A stretch of 64,000 bases of DNA from the human T2T-CHM13v2.0 reference genome, Homo sapiens. Every line of letters starts with the position of its first letter. Positions within the stretch are counted from its first letter, which is position 1. The stretch lies in NCBI RefSeq assembly GCF_009914755.1, contig NC_060946.1; one strand, given 5' to 3'. A program made the translations under genes and the position numbers. Shown here piece by piece: positions 16,896 through 31,623 of the stretch. Under the pieces are notes generated by a model. The model worked only from the letters and a program-made list of their open reading frames with translations. It did not search any database and was not told the origin of the DNA.

Positions 16896-17225
16896 TTCTT
16901 TTTTTTTTTTTGAGACAGAGTCTCGCTCTGTCACCCAGGCTGGAGTAGCGCAGTGGCGCGATCTCGGCTCACTGCAACCTCCGCCTCCCGGGTTCACACC
17001 ATTCTCCTGCCTCAGCCTCCTGAGCCTCCTGAGCCTCCTGAGCCTCCTGAGTAGGTGGGACTACAGGCGCCCGCCACCACGCCCGGCTAATTTTTTTTTG
17101 TATTTTTAGTAGAGACCGGGTTTCACCATGTTAGCCAGGATGGTCTCAATCTCCTGACCTCGTGATCCACCCGCCTCGGCCTCCCAAAGTGCTGGGATTC
17201 CAGGCGTAAGCCACCGTGCCCGGCC
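16896..17225 (-). mobile_element. AluY with internal 9-bp expansion
   Basis: CpG-rich antisense Alu, TTAGCCAGGATGG diagnostic, TSD TGTGTGAAGACATTTCT. Confidence 0.95.
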
Positions 17226-18831
17226 TGTGTGAAGACATTTCTAGGTCTGCAGTGATGACTAAGATGCATTCTACCTCACCAGCACCACCAGATTTCCTGA
17301 AGGCATCAGTGTACCCCAGGAATGCCCAATGGCCATTCTGGTCATTGGTGAGAGGGGGAAGGTTTTCTTTAGATTCCGGAATACTTTGAGAGGCTAATTC
17401 ACATCAACCCATCCACCACTGCAGCACAGTATGACACTCGAGGTTTCATCAGAAAGGGTTACATTATGCCTGGCCAGCAAATTCACTGAAATCTAAAACG
17501 ACAACAACAACCATTTATTGTATTGACTGCATGTTCCAGGCATACGGTAAAACCTAGAAGATCCCCTGAGATGCAGTTTTACTGAAAGGCTCCCGCTCTC
17601 TAGCAAAACAGTCAGGTTACGGCGCAGAAAGTGCAGCTGCAGAAGTCAGACTGAGGTGCAGATGCGGTTCAGTGCTCAGTACCAGGAAAAGCTTAAGAGG
17701 CAGGACTACCTGAGCTGGGTTCTGAAGGAAAAACACAAGTGTCCCAGGCAGATAAAGAAGGAAAGAGCTTACCGGGCAGGAGGGGTATGTGCACAGCTTG
17801 ACAGGTCTAGGGGGAAAAAAATCAGTAAAGAAGAAAATGATTAAGTTACAGATTGATGATGCATGAAATGGGGGGTGGCCAGGGGTGGGGGGTGAGACTG
17901 CAGAGAAAGGCAGGGCTGGTTCATAACAAGCTTTGTGCGTCCCAATATGACAGCTGAAGTTTTCCAGGGGCTGATGGTGAGCCAGTGAGGGTAAGTACAC
18001 AGAACATCCTAGAGAAACCCTCATTCCTTAAAGATTAAAAATAAAGACTTGCTGTCTGTAAGGGATTGGATTATCCTATTTGAGAAATTCTGTTATCCAG
18101 AATGGCTTACCCCACAATGCTGAAAAGTGTGTACCGTAATCTCAAAGCAAGCTCCTCCTCAGACAGAGAAACACCAGCCGTCACAGGAAGCAAAGAAATT
18201 GGCTTCACTTTTAAGGTGAATCCAGAACCCAGATGTCAGAGCTCCAAGCACTTTGCTCTCAGCTCCACGCAGCTGCTTTAGGAGCCACTCATGAGGAAAA
18301 GAAGAATTTTCTCTATTATACCCCTTATTGGGTGCCATCCAAGGCTAGGAAAAAGGTTGTTCTATAACCCTGAGCCCATTTGAACAAACCCCCAATAAGA
18401 GAGGCCCCGAAAAGTGTATTTTCACCAAAGCTCTACCCCAAGCCAAGCCAAAGGAGAAAGCGCTATTTTAAGACTTGCTGCTTGTGTCACGAGTGGACTT
18501 TATTCCAACAAGGCCATATTACAGTGGGCAATGAAAGCCATCTCAGACTTCCATATCAAGCAAATGTTTGTGAGCCAGTGATTCAACAGAGAAAAATTCA
18601 CAAGCCTCCCTGGGCTTCTGTCCTCCTGTAACAGTTCCAGCCTGGCGGCCCTTAGAACTTCATATATGAACTGGTACAAAATCCTGTCCAGCTGTCTCCC
18701 AGCCTCCATCTCTCCCCGCTTCAATTTGTCCCAGGCACGATGCAGGTGCACCTTCCAAAACCAGGGCCTTTAGCACACCACATCCCCCTGATGAAAAGTC
18801 ACCCTGCCTTCCCAAAGCCCACAGCCCCTAA

Positions 18832-19166
<335 letters not shown>

Positions 19167-22166
19167 TAACTCACCAACTTCATCTGCAACTCCTTGCTAA
19201 CAGAAACCCAAGCTGGCTTCCTCTCCAACCCAAAAAATATATTTGTGCTTGCCAAACTACCCTCCCTTAATCCTTCCATTCAGATTTTAACTGTCTTGTA
19301 TCCAAAGACCCAACTCAAGTCCCACCCCTCCTTTGAGTTTGAGAAGCTAAAGGAAGCTCCCACCTCTGACTTCCCATCCGTGTTCAGCCACCACAGTGCA
19401 CACATCCATTCACTACACTGCTACCTCCTTTCTATTGTTGCTCGTAACTGTTCATTTAATCTTCTATTGTTGCTTAACTTATGACACATTTTTTGCAAGC
19501 TCTCCAACTATGTCCCTCGAGGGCAGGGACAGGAAGCTCTGAATTTAATATAATAAATGTTGAGTGGAGGAGTCGTAAGTACTAAGAGCTTCGCAAGGTG
19601 CTTTCATAGATATAAGGATGGGTGTAACGTACTCACAGCCTCTAATACCTAAGTGAAGGAATAAGAATTAAAGTATGTAGATACTGACAATGCCTAGTTG
19701 AAGATGGCCAAGCACAGCCTTTGATTTGGTTTGCTGTTTGGTGACGCCTCCTCCTACCCTATCCTCCCATCTCCTAATCACTAAGACCCAAATCTAATAT
19801 TCTCATCTTGACTTCTTCAAGCAGAATGCTACCCAACACACTGTCCTCTGGGCCCTTTGACTTTCACTCATCCCCTTACGAGACTCTTCCTCCCTCACCA
19901 AGACGAGGCTCCTGAATGGACGATGAGTAACTCTGCACCTCTGTGTTCCGCTGTCAAGCCAGGACCTGCACACAGTAGGAGCTTGATCAACGTTGGCTGA
20001 GCAAGTGAAGGAAACCCCACAAAGAGACAGTGTCACAGAGCCTACAGTCAGGAACGATTTCAGCCAGAGACAAGAGAGAGGATGGGGGGTTGGATCCAGC
20101 AAAAAAAGCAGCGTAACAAGGCCACTCAAGTGGGAAAACAAGTGGCATTTTTAGGTGAAGCCTAGTAGGCTAGGAACAAAGAAAACCTGGAGAGGAGTCC
20201 TAGGAAATACAGCGAGGTCAGAGAGGCAGGGAAGCCAGGGGCAAGGTCGGTCCTGGAACAACAAACTGAGGAGTCTGAACAGCTGCGAGTTGAGTCCTGG
20301 CTCCTTCTTCATGGCTGTGGGCCTTGCACAAGCGTCAGTTTCCACATCTGTGAAGTGGGAGAGTGAGCACATCCCCCTCCCAGGGTTGCTGTGAGAATGA
20401 AATAACAAAAATGACCGAATGAGAGAGTGCCTGGCACAAAAGAAACACTGGAAGAACGTGCTTTGGGTGCAGATTGGATGGAAGCAGAGCATGCTGCAGA
20501 GAAGGGAGAGCTGAGGACCAGGGAGCCTAGGTTCTGGTTCCACCTCCCCTCTGAATAATCATCTTGACCTCCCTTAGGTCTGGCCTTAGTTTCTACGGAT
20601 GTAAAATGAAGGTGTTGGTCTAGTGGGGCTCCAAGGTCTCTTCCAGCCTTGGTAGTCTCTCAATACAGTAGCTCTGCCTTACAGACGGAAGGCATCAGAG
20701 AGTGCTCTTGTAACTGAGAAACCCAGCAGAGAGGGAGTCATATTGGGAAATGGGTAAAGACACCAATATGGTCGAGGAGAGTTCTTCCTGCTGGGGACCA
20801 AGTACTGAGTCCCTCCCTCCATTCTCCCACGTCCACTTCATCCTCCTGACATGGGAGCGCCGGTCTACACCTAAGTCATTTCATAATCATCGTCATCCAT
20901 GCTGGACAACAACCATCCTAAAGTTTCTCATATTGAAAATGTCTTTCCAGGCATTTTCAAGGCAACTTGTCATGTAAATGTGAACAAGCTTTACAGCATG
21001 TCCATTCTTCTCATTCCAGATAAGTTAAAATCCCTACAAACTCGGAGGAAAGAAAGCACGCATTTCGGTATTGTACTCTCCTTGCCTTTTTACAAAGCCA
21101 TCAATGTTTGAACCACAACAATGATCCTTCAGAGAATTCATTCTGCTGATCTGAAATATCCTTCACATTTTTAAAACAAAAGCTGCTAGGAGACGCCTTG
21201 AGGAGCTCAAGTCTATCTCATCACCATTTAAGTCTACTGTTACTCACCCACCTCTCCCTCCCGCATCACCTCCACCCCAGTAATGAAAACATGACCATTC
21301 ATTCACAAAACAAATCATTCAGTGTGGACACAACTACTTACTAACTGCAGACCTACTAAGCACCAGCACCACTCCTGAAGAAAGGTAAAGCCCCACCGGC
21401 CTATGGGCTTGCCTCTATGCCTCCCTTGGCTTCTGAAACAACCACAAAATGCCATTTCCAGATGAGAGCTGACATCAGTCAAGAAGGCTCTTAAACAAAC
21501 AGTGTTGGCACATGAAGGATCTACGCAACTGTTCTAAAAACAAAAGGGGAGGGGATGGCTTCGAGTTAGCCGCAGCAAGGTTAACCTTACTCAATAATAA
21601 CAAATATGCATTTAATGTATCCAAGGAAGCCGCAGCAATCCCTAACCACAGAATAACACTCAAGAGCCCAAGATTCCCTTCTGAATTTAAAATTTAAAAA
21701 AAAGAAAAGGAAGAAAGAAATCCCTAGATGCCCACGTTCTGCTGTAAATCTTCCTAAATTCTATGGCTACCATGGAGAGCTGGAAAGATCGGCAAGTCCT
21801 TTCTTCCCAATTGGCCTTGGTAATTCAGAAAAGGACTATGTTAAAAGCAAAGCTCTCTCAGTAGTCAGGGTTCCATCTCCATCTGCGTCTGCTGCCTGTC
21901 CAAGGCACAGCCCCATAATGCGACAAAAGAGGCTCAAATTATGGGTGAGACTGCATTTTCAATTCCAGCCCCAGCCTGTGATTACCTGCAACTCCAGGTT
22001 GCCCAAAATTACCTCTGAAGCCTTAAACGCCCTACAGTTTATTCCATTCCTAGAACAAAATCTTTTTTGGAAAGCCTCATAAGAGATAAAGGAAGAACAA
22101 CAATGAAAAAAAAAAAAGCCCTAGATATTTCTGTTACAGTGAAGGAAGAACCAGCAGACAAGCATG

Positions 22167-22476
<310 letters not shown>

Positions 22477-22834
22477 TAATGTCTCATACACACCGCCTCT
22501 CCTGTATACTCAAGCAGAACAAAATGAATTCCATGTCTCTGCAATTATAAAAACTCAGAATCCTGGAAACTCTTACCTAATTTACTTTTTAAACCACTTT
22601 TGTTCTTGATATATTCTTAGAGGTAGAATGTGCGGGTGGTTAAGGAACTTATGAAGGTGGGTAGGTGAGTACTGTTATCTCCAGGCAGAACAGTAGTTAA
22701 ATAAGTAATCTGCCAAAAGTAAGTAAGTGATGTAACTCCATGTGTTAGGTTAGCGGTAATGACAGTTTACATAACCACTGTACTGCTTTCTGCAATACAG
22801 TTGAATATTAGGCTCCTAGCGGGTTATTTGTTAA

Positions 22835-23177
<343 letters not shown>

Positions 23178-24338
23178 AAAAGTCCTTGGTTTTGCATAAC
23201 AGGTGAGGCTCCCAAAAGGGTCTATCATGATTGTGTTCATCAAATAATTTGAAATATAATAACGGAATTAGCTATTAAAAGGAGACTCACTATGAATCCC
23301 TTTAGTAAGGTAAAAATCTTTTTGTACTGCAATTAACTTATCTCAAATTATTTAGTTTTAAGATCACATTTTATATGCCCACTTCTCCTAAAATACAGCA
23401 CTCCTCCACTTGGCTTCAACTCCCAAATAAGAATGTAACAAACCTTCTATTTACACTGCACTTACTTCAGATCTCCTCTTTCCTCTACCCCCAGGAGATC
23501 AGCCATAGTGAGGAGCCCTCTTTCTAGCAACTCACACATTTGGAGGCATCAAACTAAGTCACTTTGCATTTTTCCTGACTTGTGTATCTACCCAATTGCT
23601 CTTCTACTCTGTTTTTCTTCAAAAGACCTTTGATATTCACCCAGCAGCTCCCCTACAAGGTAATCTCCCGTTCAGGCCAAATGAATGGGTTTCCCCTTCC
23701 AAGTTACATTCAGGGCTTTGCAAAATCCGGAGAGGTCACCTCAGCTTTTATTTACTTAATTATGAAATAATTACAAGATTCAGCATTGTTGCTGTTGTTT
23801 TTAATCACAAAGCACTTAATTCTCAAATAGTGGTCAAAGAACAGTGTAACATTTCAGAACTAACGGGTTTCCACCATAGGTAATAAGTTAGCTGGCAAGT
23901 CTGGCTGCTGCTTTATGAAAATGGCTATGACCAATCACAAAGACTTTGTGATTCTTTTCTTCAGCCTTGTGTATTTGCAGTGCTTTATATTTCAAGGAAG
24001 AGTGCACCTATGAACTGGTCAGGCCTCTTTCTTTCCATTTAAGAAGGAGAAAACTAGACAACCTAAAGAGTGCTCAGTGTAGAGGCTAAGCTAACTGACT
24101 GAAGCAAGCCCTTTCCCTCCCTGGGCCTCTAAATTCCTACTTACAAGATCAGTAACACACTAATGTATAGAGACAGCGCCTGAAGCCCAGAGATGCCAAG
24201 AAATATTCTAAGGTCACACAGCAAGTTAGCACAGGATGCTGTAAGACTAAACCCCTGATCCCCTGGGGCTTGATTAAAGCATCCTGTCTCCCAATCAACA
24301 TAGGGATGGATGATAGAGACAAGACAAACATACAAACA

Positions 24339-24341
<3 letters not shown>

Positions 24342-24393
<52 letters not shown>
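24342..24393. repeat. Compound (AC)n(AG)n microsatellite
   Basis: Seen directly. Confidence 0.95.
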
Positions 24394-25328
24394 GCTTCTA
24401 ACTTTTATTCCCATTATCCTTCTGGCTGCTGTTTCTAAAAACTATACTAAATATACCTGGCCCTGGAGACTGCTTTTACAACTGTGATTTTCCACATTCT
24501 CTATCTAATATCCTTCAGGCAGTTACACTGTTGCTTGCTCTTCCTCACCATAGTTTCCTCATCCCAAGAAACACACATATGCACACATGCCCACCTACCC
24601 TCCCATTCTCAATATTCAAAACTCTTTCTTTTCTAACAGCAAAGGAAGTTTAGACTAGAACTGAAATGATCATAATATGAATCTTGTTCAGGTGTTAAAC
24701 ACAACCATAACTCTACCCAGAGCATATCTGATAAAATGGAATTTGTTCTCACCTAAGTGTTTTTTTTTTCATATTATATCATTTGTCAAGTAACATTGTC
24801 ATTTTTCCCACTGCTGCATAATGACATAATGAAAGTGCCAGGTGTAATTCATGTACACAAGAGGGCAGACTTAGGGTTGATAAGGGACCCTTTCTTTATT
24901 TGCATTGCTAATAGTTTTTTAAAGAATAGGCAAAATGCTGTACGTAGAATGATAACGGACAAAAGAAAAAATTTTCTGTTTTTAATAACAATGTGGGATA
25001 ACCAGTTAGCATGCTCAGATTTTATCTCGCAACCATTCTTGCCACTATTTGAATACACAGAGCAAGAAGCGGGGGCACAGTCCTCAGCATGGAATCTTAT
25101 TAAATTATTTCTCTTCTAACACCGCGTTTCCCTCTTCGGGCACATCCCACCTTCCAGCCACACTAACTATGACTATTCTCCATACACACCACAATAGATA
25201 CTTTAGGGTTTCCATGCTGTTCTTTCTGCCTGTGATCCCCTTCCTCCCTACTCTCCTGGGAAGTTCAAACTCATCCCTTGAACAAGTCTGCAGGATAGTA
25301 CTTACCTGGTAATAATAGTTGAATGTCT

Positions 25329-25753
<425 letters not shown>

Positions 25754-27171
25754 TTAAACGAAAAGATGAAAAGTCTTATAAAATACATTTAACGAAGCCT
25801 TTCACTCGTTGCTGCCTGCTACTCTCCATACGCCAATGTGACAGAGAAATGCTGAACACCTCTCAATGGCAAATACTCCATGTAGAGCGACCTCACCAAC
25901 ACTAAGCAGATTTTCCAAGGTGGCTGTATCCCCGAGGTGTGTCAGTGGCAGGGTGTCTAGAGCTCTCAGCCTTTTGGGTCTTATATCCCCCACCCCCAAT
26001 GCAGTATGCTCCTCCTTTCTGAGAATCTCTAGCCAAAAAGACACCTTCATCTTGTTCACGGACCGTAAGGAAGGCCAGCCTCCTGCCTCTACTTCTGCCA
26101 CCTGGCTTCCATCAAATTCATAAGACTTCATTCATGTCTCAGGATGACAGCATATATTCTCCACAGGATCGGTCTTCAATCGTTGGTGCTCAATGGCAAA
26201 TGCGATGGTATTTTCCTGTTCCAATCTCTTACCCCTTGGCTGTACTGTGCCCAAGAGAATCAATCTATAAAGTCTTAATGTTAGAAATAAAGCTGTCTGC
26301 TGACCATTTTTCCTAGACCACAACAATAGCTCCCCTTCAACTACCTAAATGTGCACTACACGTATGGGTAAAGGGTCACAAATGCCGTCTACCAGACCCC
26401 AGAGTTCAAGGGAAAAGTAATAACTCAGGTGGGTTCACAGGTTTCAAACAGAGTCTAACTCTACATGCTGAACTGGGCCTTTTAGAATCCAGTGTGACCA
26501 ACATCTTGGTGATATCTGCCTGTTTTTGTGACAGTATTCTAAACTAAGCAGGCTCTTCTTGGCCTCTACCTTGCATCTTTCCTGTCTCCCCGCTACTCCC
26601 ACCTCTGGGATCAGCTTTGATAAGACTTAGCTACTTGGGTAAACCTAGGCAATGGGGCAGTCAGTGTTCTTCAGGGAAGTAGAATTATCTTCCAATTCTG
26701 CTGGAAGGGCTGTGGACATTAATGATTTCATACTATTAAAAGTGCAGACAGCGTCTGAGGTGGAAGTGCAACTACACCGTCAAATGTTATGTTAACATCT
26801 CTAAGTATACGGAATGTATTTTTAAGGGGAATTTTAAGTTTGATGGAGTCCACTGCAGAGACATTTTGAAGCCATGTGATTTTATGATGACTGCAGGGAA
26901 TATGCAGTCAAAAACCAAACACCAAAAGTGTTGATTACAAACTGTTAGGGAACTTAAAGTTAGGATGGTCTAATATTCAAAGGATAGAGCCTTTTTGTAG
27001 TCCTTAAATACTTAGAGATTATAACTGAGTCTTTTCAGAATGTCACATAACATTTTGCAGTTAACTGGTTCTGAGTTGTCCAAATGACAATTTAGATGTG
27101 AGCAGGCCCATCCCTTAGGCACTCAGAATCCACTCACTAGTGCAAGCATGTACTAGATCCCAAAAAGTTCA

Positions 27172-27256
27172 TCTCAGGAACCCTCAAGATAAACCACAGT
27201 CTCACGAACCCTCAACATAAACCACAGGCTCATGAACCCTCAAGATAAACCACAGT
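27172..27256. repeat. 28-bp tandem repeat x3
   Basis: Unit (T/G)CTCANGAACCCTCAA(G/C)ATAAACCACAG. Confidence 0.92.
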
Positions 27257-29320
27257 AACATGGGCCCTGGTGTTTTCTTCTTCGATGGTGGAAAAGATAA
27301 CTAGTCCCCCCTAGTGTCCTGCTACTGTAGGTGGCTGAAGGATGGCGACACTACAGGACGCACCCTCCCTGCACTGTGCATCAACTTTAAAGCGCAGCTC
27401 AGGAACCCAGAAACAAAGGAAACCTTCGTCACAACCTTCCCAAGAGATGGAAGCACTTCCGAGACCTACGATGAGATGAAAAAAACCTTTCATTTCATTT
27501 CTAAGGCCCTTCCAGGTATGGTTTAAAAGCCAAAGGAATCTGCATTGGCTCACATCAAAAAGTTAATCCACACCCCAGCACACTTCATTAAGTGAAGCAG
27601 GAGGGCCCACACTTGTCAGCAGCTACTGCTCACTCCAGAGCAATCCGATCTTCCCGTTAAAAACCTCTCTCTCCTGCCAGGGGGATTTGATTCCTTTCCT
27701 CGCCACTCTTGAAAACCCACTAACCTCTAAATCTTGGTGATTTTTGCCTCTCTGTTCGAGTGAGTTTTCTTCCTGGTATGGAATTAACAGGGACAGGCTC
27801 GATAAATGTGTTCTCCACAAGCAATTTTCACTAAAGTACTCTTGAACAATAAAGGTACACTAAGAGATGTGTGAAATCTTAAAGCTGGCGTTTTTATTTC
27901 TTTTATTTTTACCCCTAGGGAGGACCAAGCGTGCCAGTGAGTAATTCATTCATGTCACCCATTTGTGAGGGATGGGAGAAGAAACCACCACCACTTGTTC
28001 CCTTCTTAATTTAGAAGCTTTCCTTATCTTAAGTCTATCAAAGCTGACTCCTGAGGTGGGAAGACAGGAGAAGTGAGAAGAAAAATTAACCCGAGGTGAC
28101 TGCCTCCACGGAATGATAAGCACTTCAGGTCTCCACACCTGTGTCAGAGAAGAAAGGCATCTGCATGTCAGGGAGGCGGACACCCCCACCTGCCACCCCC
28201 TCCGTTTCTCCCCTTGAAGGAAGCAGGAGCCTGATCTCCCCCCACTCCCTCCTCTCTCTCTCTCTGGGCACTTACATAAGACCCTGTAAAACTTCCAGTG
28301 ACATTCACGAAAAATGTAAGCTGCTATTTTGCTCCCTCAGGAGATCATTTTAATGGACTGAGTGACAAAATTCACGGATTCTGAATTCAGCAGAAACCTG
28401 CTCAACCGAGGCACATCAGCACAGAGACGAAAAAAAAAAAAAAAAGAGTCCAACCCCATTAAACAGGGTCACCCAAGGGATGGATTCAGTGTGCAAGAGA
28501 CAATCTGTTCCCTCCGAAGTGACCCATTTAAAATCAGATTGTTCTGGGGGAAGCTCACAGGTTTAATAAATTTCAAACAGGCAAGGACAGGCTTGTACAA
28601 CTGAGGTTCCTTAAGAGGAACATTTAAAAGAGGATAAGGCAATGAACAAAATAACTTGAGGATACACAAACTTTGGAGTCCTCACTCCAAAACTTCAAAA
28701 GCAGTGACATTTACAAGAATGTCTGGATAGCTATACACTGATCACTCCTCACAAGCAGCTTTGACTAACAGGAAGGACATGCTGGCTGGGCTTCCCCCCT
28801 ACAGATAGCAATGCCAACCAACCACTCTGTCCTAAAGAGGGACTCGCAAGCTGTGGCTGCTCGCCCCCAAATTGCGCAGGACTGTCTGCAAGAAGGAACA
28901 AGAAAAGTTATTCACAGCATCACACCACGAAAGGTAGTTGCGTACCGCCCAACAGGGCCCTCTCCAAACACGGCAGGCTCCGCGAACCACAGGTGCTCAC
29001 CGCTAACAAGAGGGCCGGGGGTGCGGGTATCGGTCACATGCCCTCGTGGTGTTAACCAGAAACTCCTCCTGGCTCGCTCCCTGCCAGCAGCCTGTGTGCC
29101 CAGAAGCCGAGCAGGCCCTGAGGGGGTCCTGGGGACTTCGGAGACTGGGGGCTTCCACCTCCAGCCTCTCCAGGGCTCCCGGCCGGGGCAGCAGAGGGTG
29201 TGCCCGGCCTCCCCGCCGGCATCCCGAGTACAGGGGGTACCAGCCACAGGTTCGGAGAACTTGTCCGGCGCTACACACCACGGCGCCCCCGCGGCGACTC
29301 TCGCGCTCCGGGGCTCTTAC

Positions 29321-29800
29321 CTTGGCCGTGACTGCCGCCAGGCAGAGGGAGACACGGAAGAACAGGGTGGCGCGGCGGCGCCGCCGCCTACGAGGCGCAG
29401 GGGGTCCGGGTCAGGGTCCCGGCAGGCGCTGCCCTACTCGGAGCGGCGGTGCCAAGCACAGAGTTCGGGACTGCCCCCGGCTCCAAATGCCGCGGCGAGG
29501 GTCCGGGTCCCCCAAGCTGAGCACTGTCCCTTCTTCCTCTTCCTCCGGGGCCGCTGCCTGGAGCTGCTCCCGGCCCGGGGGACTCTTCCGAGCCAGGGGC
29601 GCCCCGCATGGGCAGGGGCCTGGGTCAGCCTCGGGTTGGGTCCAGGGAGCGACCGCCGGGGCCGACTCCACCTCCCGCGCTCCAAGCCGATTCGTCCCTT
29701 CAGGGCAGGGCCTGCCCGCGAACAGCCCGGCGAGACGAGCGCGGCCGCGCCCCCAGCTTCGGGCGCCCGGGCTCCGGCGCGGCGGCGGGGCAGGAGCAGA
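29321..29800 (-). other. LARGE1: LARGE1 non-coding first exon (5' UTR); TSS end approximate
   Basis: Minus strand ends ...TCTGCCTGGCGGCAGTCACGGCCAAG|GTAAGA, a consensus donor inside the CpG island. Matches my recall of the LARGE1 mRNA 5' UTR. Confidence 0.8.
29388..29609 (-). other. Upstream ORF (73 aa) within LARGE1 exon 1
   Basis: ATG at 29609-29607 and TAG at 29390-29388. It is the only minus-strand ATG I find in 29321-29800, with weak context cccATGc. Confidence 0.5.
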
Positions 29801-31592
29801 CTGGCCGGGCCGGGCGCCGAGCGCGGCGGCGCGGGGGGGGCTGCAGCCGGCCGCGGCGCGCTCTCCCCCAGGGCCTGCGCCGCCCGCCCGCGGCTCCGCG
29901 GGAAGGAGGCGCCGGAGAGGGCCTCGCCCCGGCCTGGGGCGCGGGGCCGGGGGCGCGGGGCTAGGGGAGGCGCCCCGGGAAGGTCACGGGAGCGGAGGCG
30001 CGGCGAGTGGATCGCGGCGCGGTGGGTGCGGGGAGCCGAGGCGGGCGGCCCCCGCCGCCGGGAGCGCTCGCCGGCCTTGGCCGCCGCCGCCGCCTCCGAG
30101 ATGCGCCGGCTTCCCGGAGCGCCCGGCGCTCGGAGCTGGGCGGCCGCTGCAGCCGCCGCGGGCAGCCGGGCGCCGCTGGCCGGAGCCGGCGCGCGATCCC
30201 CGCCTCCCGCGCCCGGCCAGGAGTGGGCCGCCGCGCGGGAACCGGCAGGGGCGGGCGCTGGGGTCCGGGCTCCGGGCTGGCCCCGCCGCCTCCGCGTGCC
30301 CAGAGCGCCGGACTCGCTCAGCAGCTGCAGTGACTGTGTGTCTGTGTCATGTCTGTGCAGCCGGGGGGGACCGCGAGCCGGGGCTGGGTTCCGAGCGGGG
30401 GCGGGGCCGGCGCCCGCCTCGGCGCCCGCCCCCGACCCCGTGACCGAGCGGCCGGCCAATGGCAAGCGCCGCAGCCGCGCGGACCGAGAGTTCGCCCCCG
30501 CACAGGCTCCGCCCCCCGGCGAGACTCCGCCCCGGTGCTTCTTCAGCTCGCTGGCTGGCAGGCAGGCGGAAGCAACACCCGGAGCCGGGATCCCGGGCCG
30601 GGTCGGGATGAAAGGGTGCAAGCTGGGAGCTCCCCGCCCTTCTTCCCCCAACCCCGGCGGCTCCCGGCCGCCTCGGGCTTGGCGTGCCTCGCGGAAAAAG
30701 GGGGAAGGGAAGCGGGACGGGCCCGCAGCTGCCGTGGTAGAGAGGCTCGCAGGCTTGCAGGACCATGCAGCCTGCTCCCCAAATTGCACAAAACAGCCGT
30801 CGTGAGAAGTAGGAAGTTTCCCCGCCTCGGGTCGCAGCTTCTCTCGGAGGTGGGCATGCTGTGGGGCAGCCGGAGTCTGTGAGGAGCCCCGCCGAAGGGC
30901 TCTGACGGCATCTTTCTGGGATCGGTATCCAAGAATCCTGTCCAAGGCTTCCTCTTCCTCTGAGGAAACTACATTTCTTTTTCCTCCACCCCAAACACAC
31001 ACCCCATGCACGCACAACACGCCCCTCCCCTGCTGATTTTATTCTCGCTCTTTCCCTCTTGGCATAAGAACCCGGCGCGCAACATCCCTTGAATGGACTT
31101 CCAGCCTCCCAGTTCTAGGGACCAGGGTGGGGGTACGGAGAGTCCTCCCGAGCCACAGGAGAAGTGGGTGAAATGGGTCGGGGCACAGGAGCGGGGGTGT
31201 GAGAATGGATGGAAGGAGGATGCCCTCGAGAGAAGACCCAGAGGAGGCGAAAGCAGAGAGGCAGGGAGAGAAAGAGGACGCCGAGAGCTGCACAACTCGG
31301 ACTCGGAGACCGGAGCTCCGGGCGCGCGATCCAGCTCCCGGGTTTTTCCGCAGCTCGGTCCCAGGGCTTCTGGGGTCCCCTTCCCCCCGGGTCTCCACCT
31401 CTCCCCAGCCGGGCGGGCCGCCGGGTCTTTGCCTTCCCTCTGCGCGCCTCTCCGCCCTCCAGGACTCGAGCGAGGCAGCGGGAAGCCCACCCTAGTTCTT
31501 GGAAGGGGCAGGGGAAGGATGGGCTGGGGAGGGGGCGCGCGGGAAAGGGCCGCCGAGCTTGGGTTGCCCAGCTGACCCCACTCCTCGAGGTC

Positions 31593-31623
31593 GGGCTGGG
31601 GGGGTGGGGGGTGGGGGGTGGGG
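31593..31623 (+). other. G-quadruplex-forming motif
   Basis: GGG-CT-G7-T-G6-T-G6-T-G4. Confidence 0.6.

Noticed and set aside
24690-25110. Repeat-free AT-rich block with ATTTGCAT and TGATAA motifs as an enhancer
   Set aside because: Short motifs are expected by chance, and conservation cannot be judged from this sequence alone.
27172-27256. 28-bp direct repeats (also 338-407) as a CRISPR-like array
   Set aside because: Units are contiguous with no unique spacers, there are no cas genes, and the context is human.
28811-30805. 664-aa plus-strand ORF and the overlapping 465-aa and 528-aa ORFs
   Set aside because: Several frames on both strands are open because the CpG island lacks stop codons. 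Products are low-complexity Ala/Gly/Pro/Arg with no recognisable domain.
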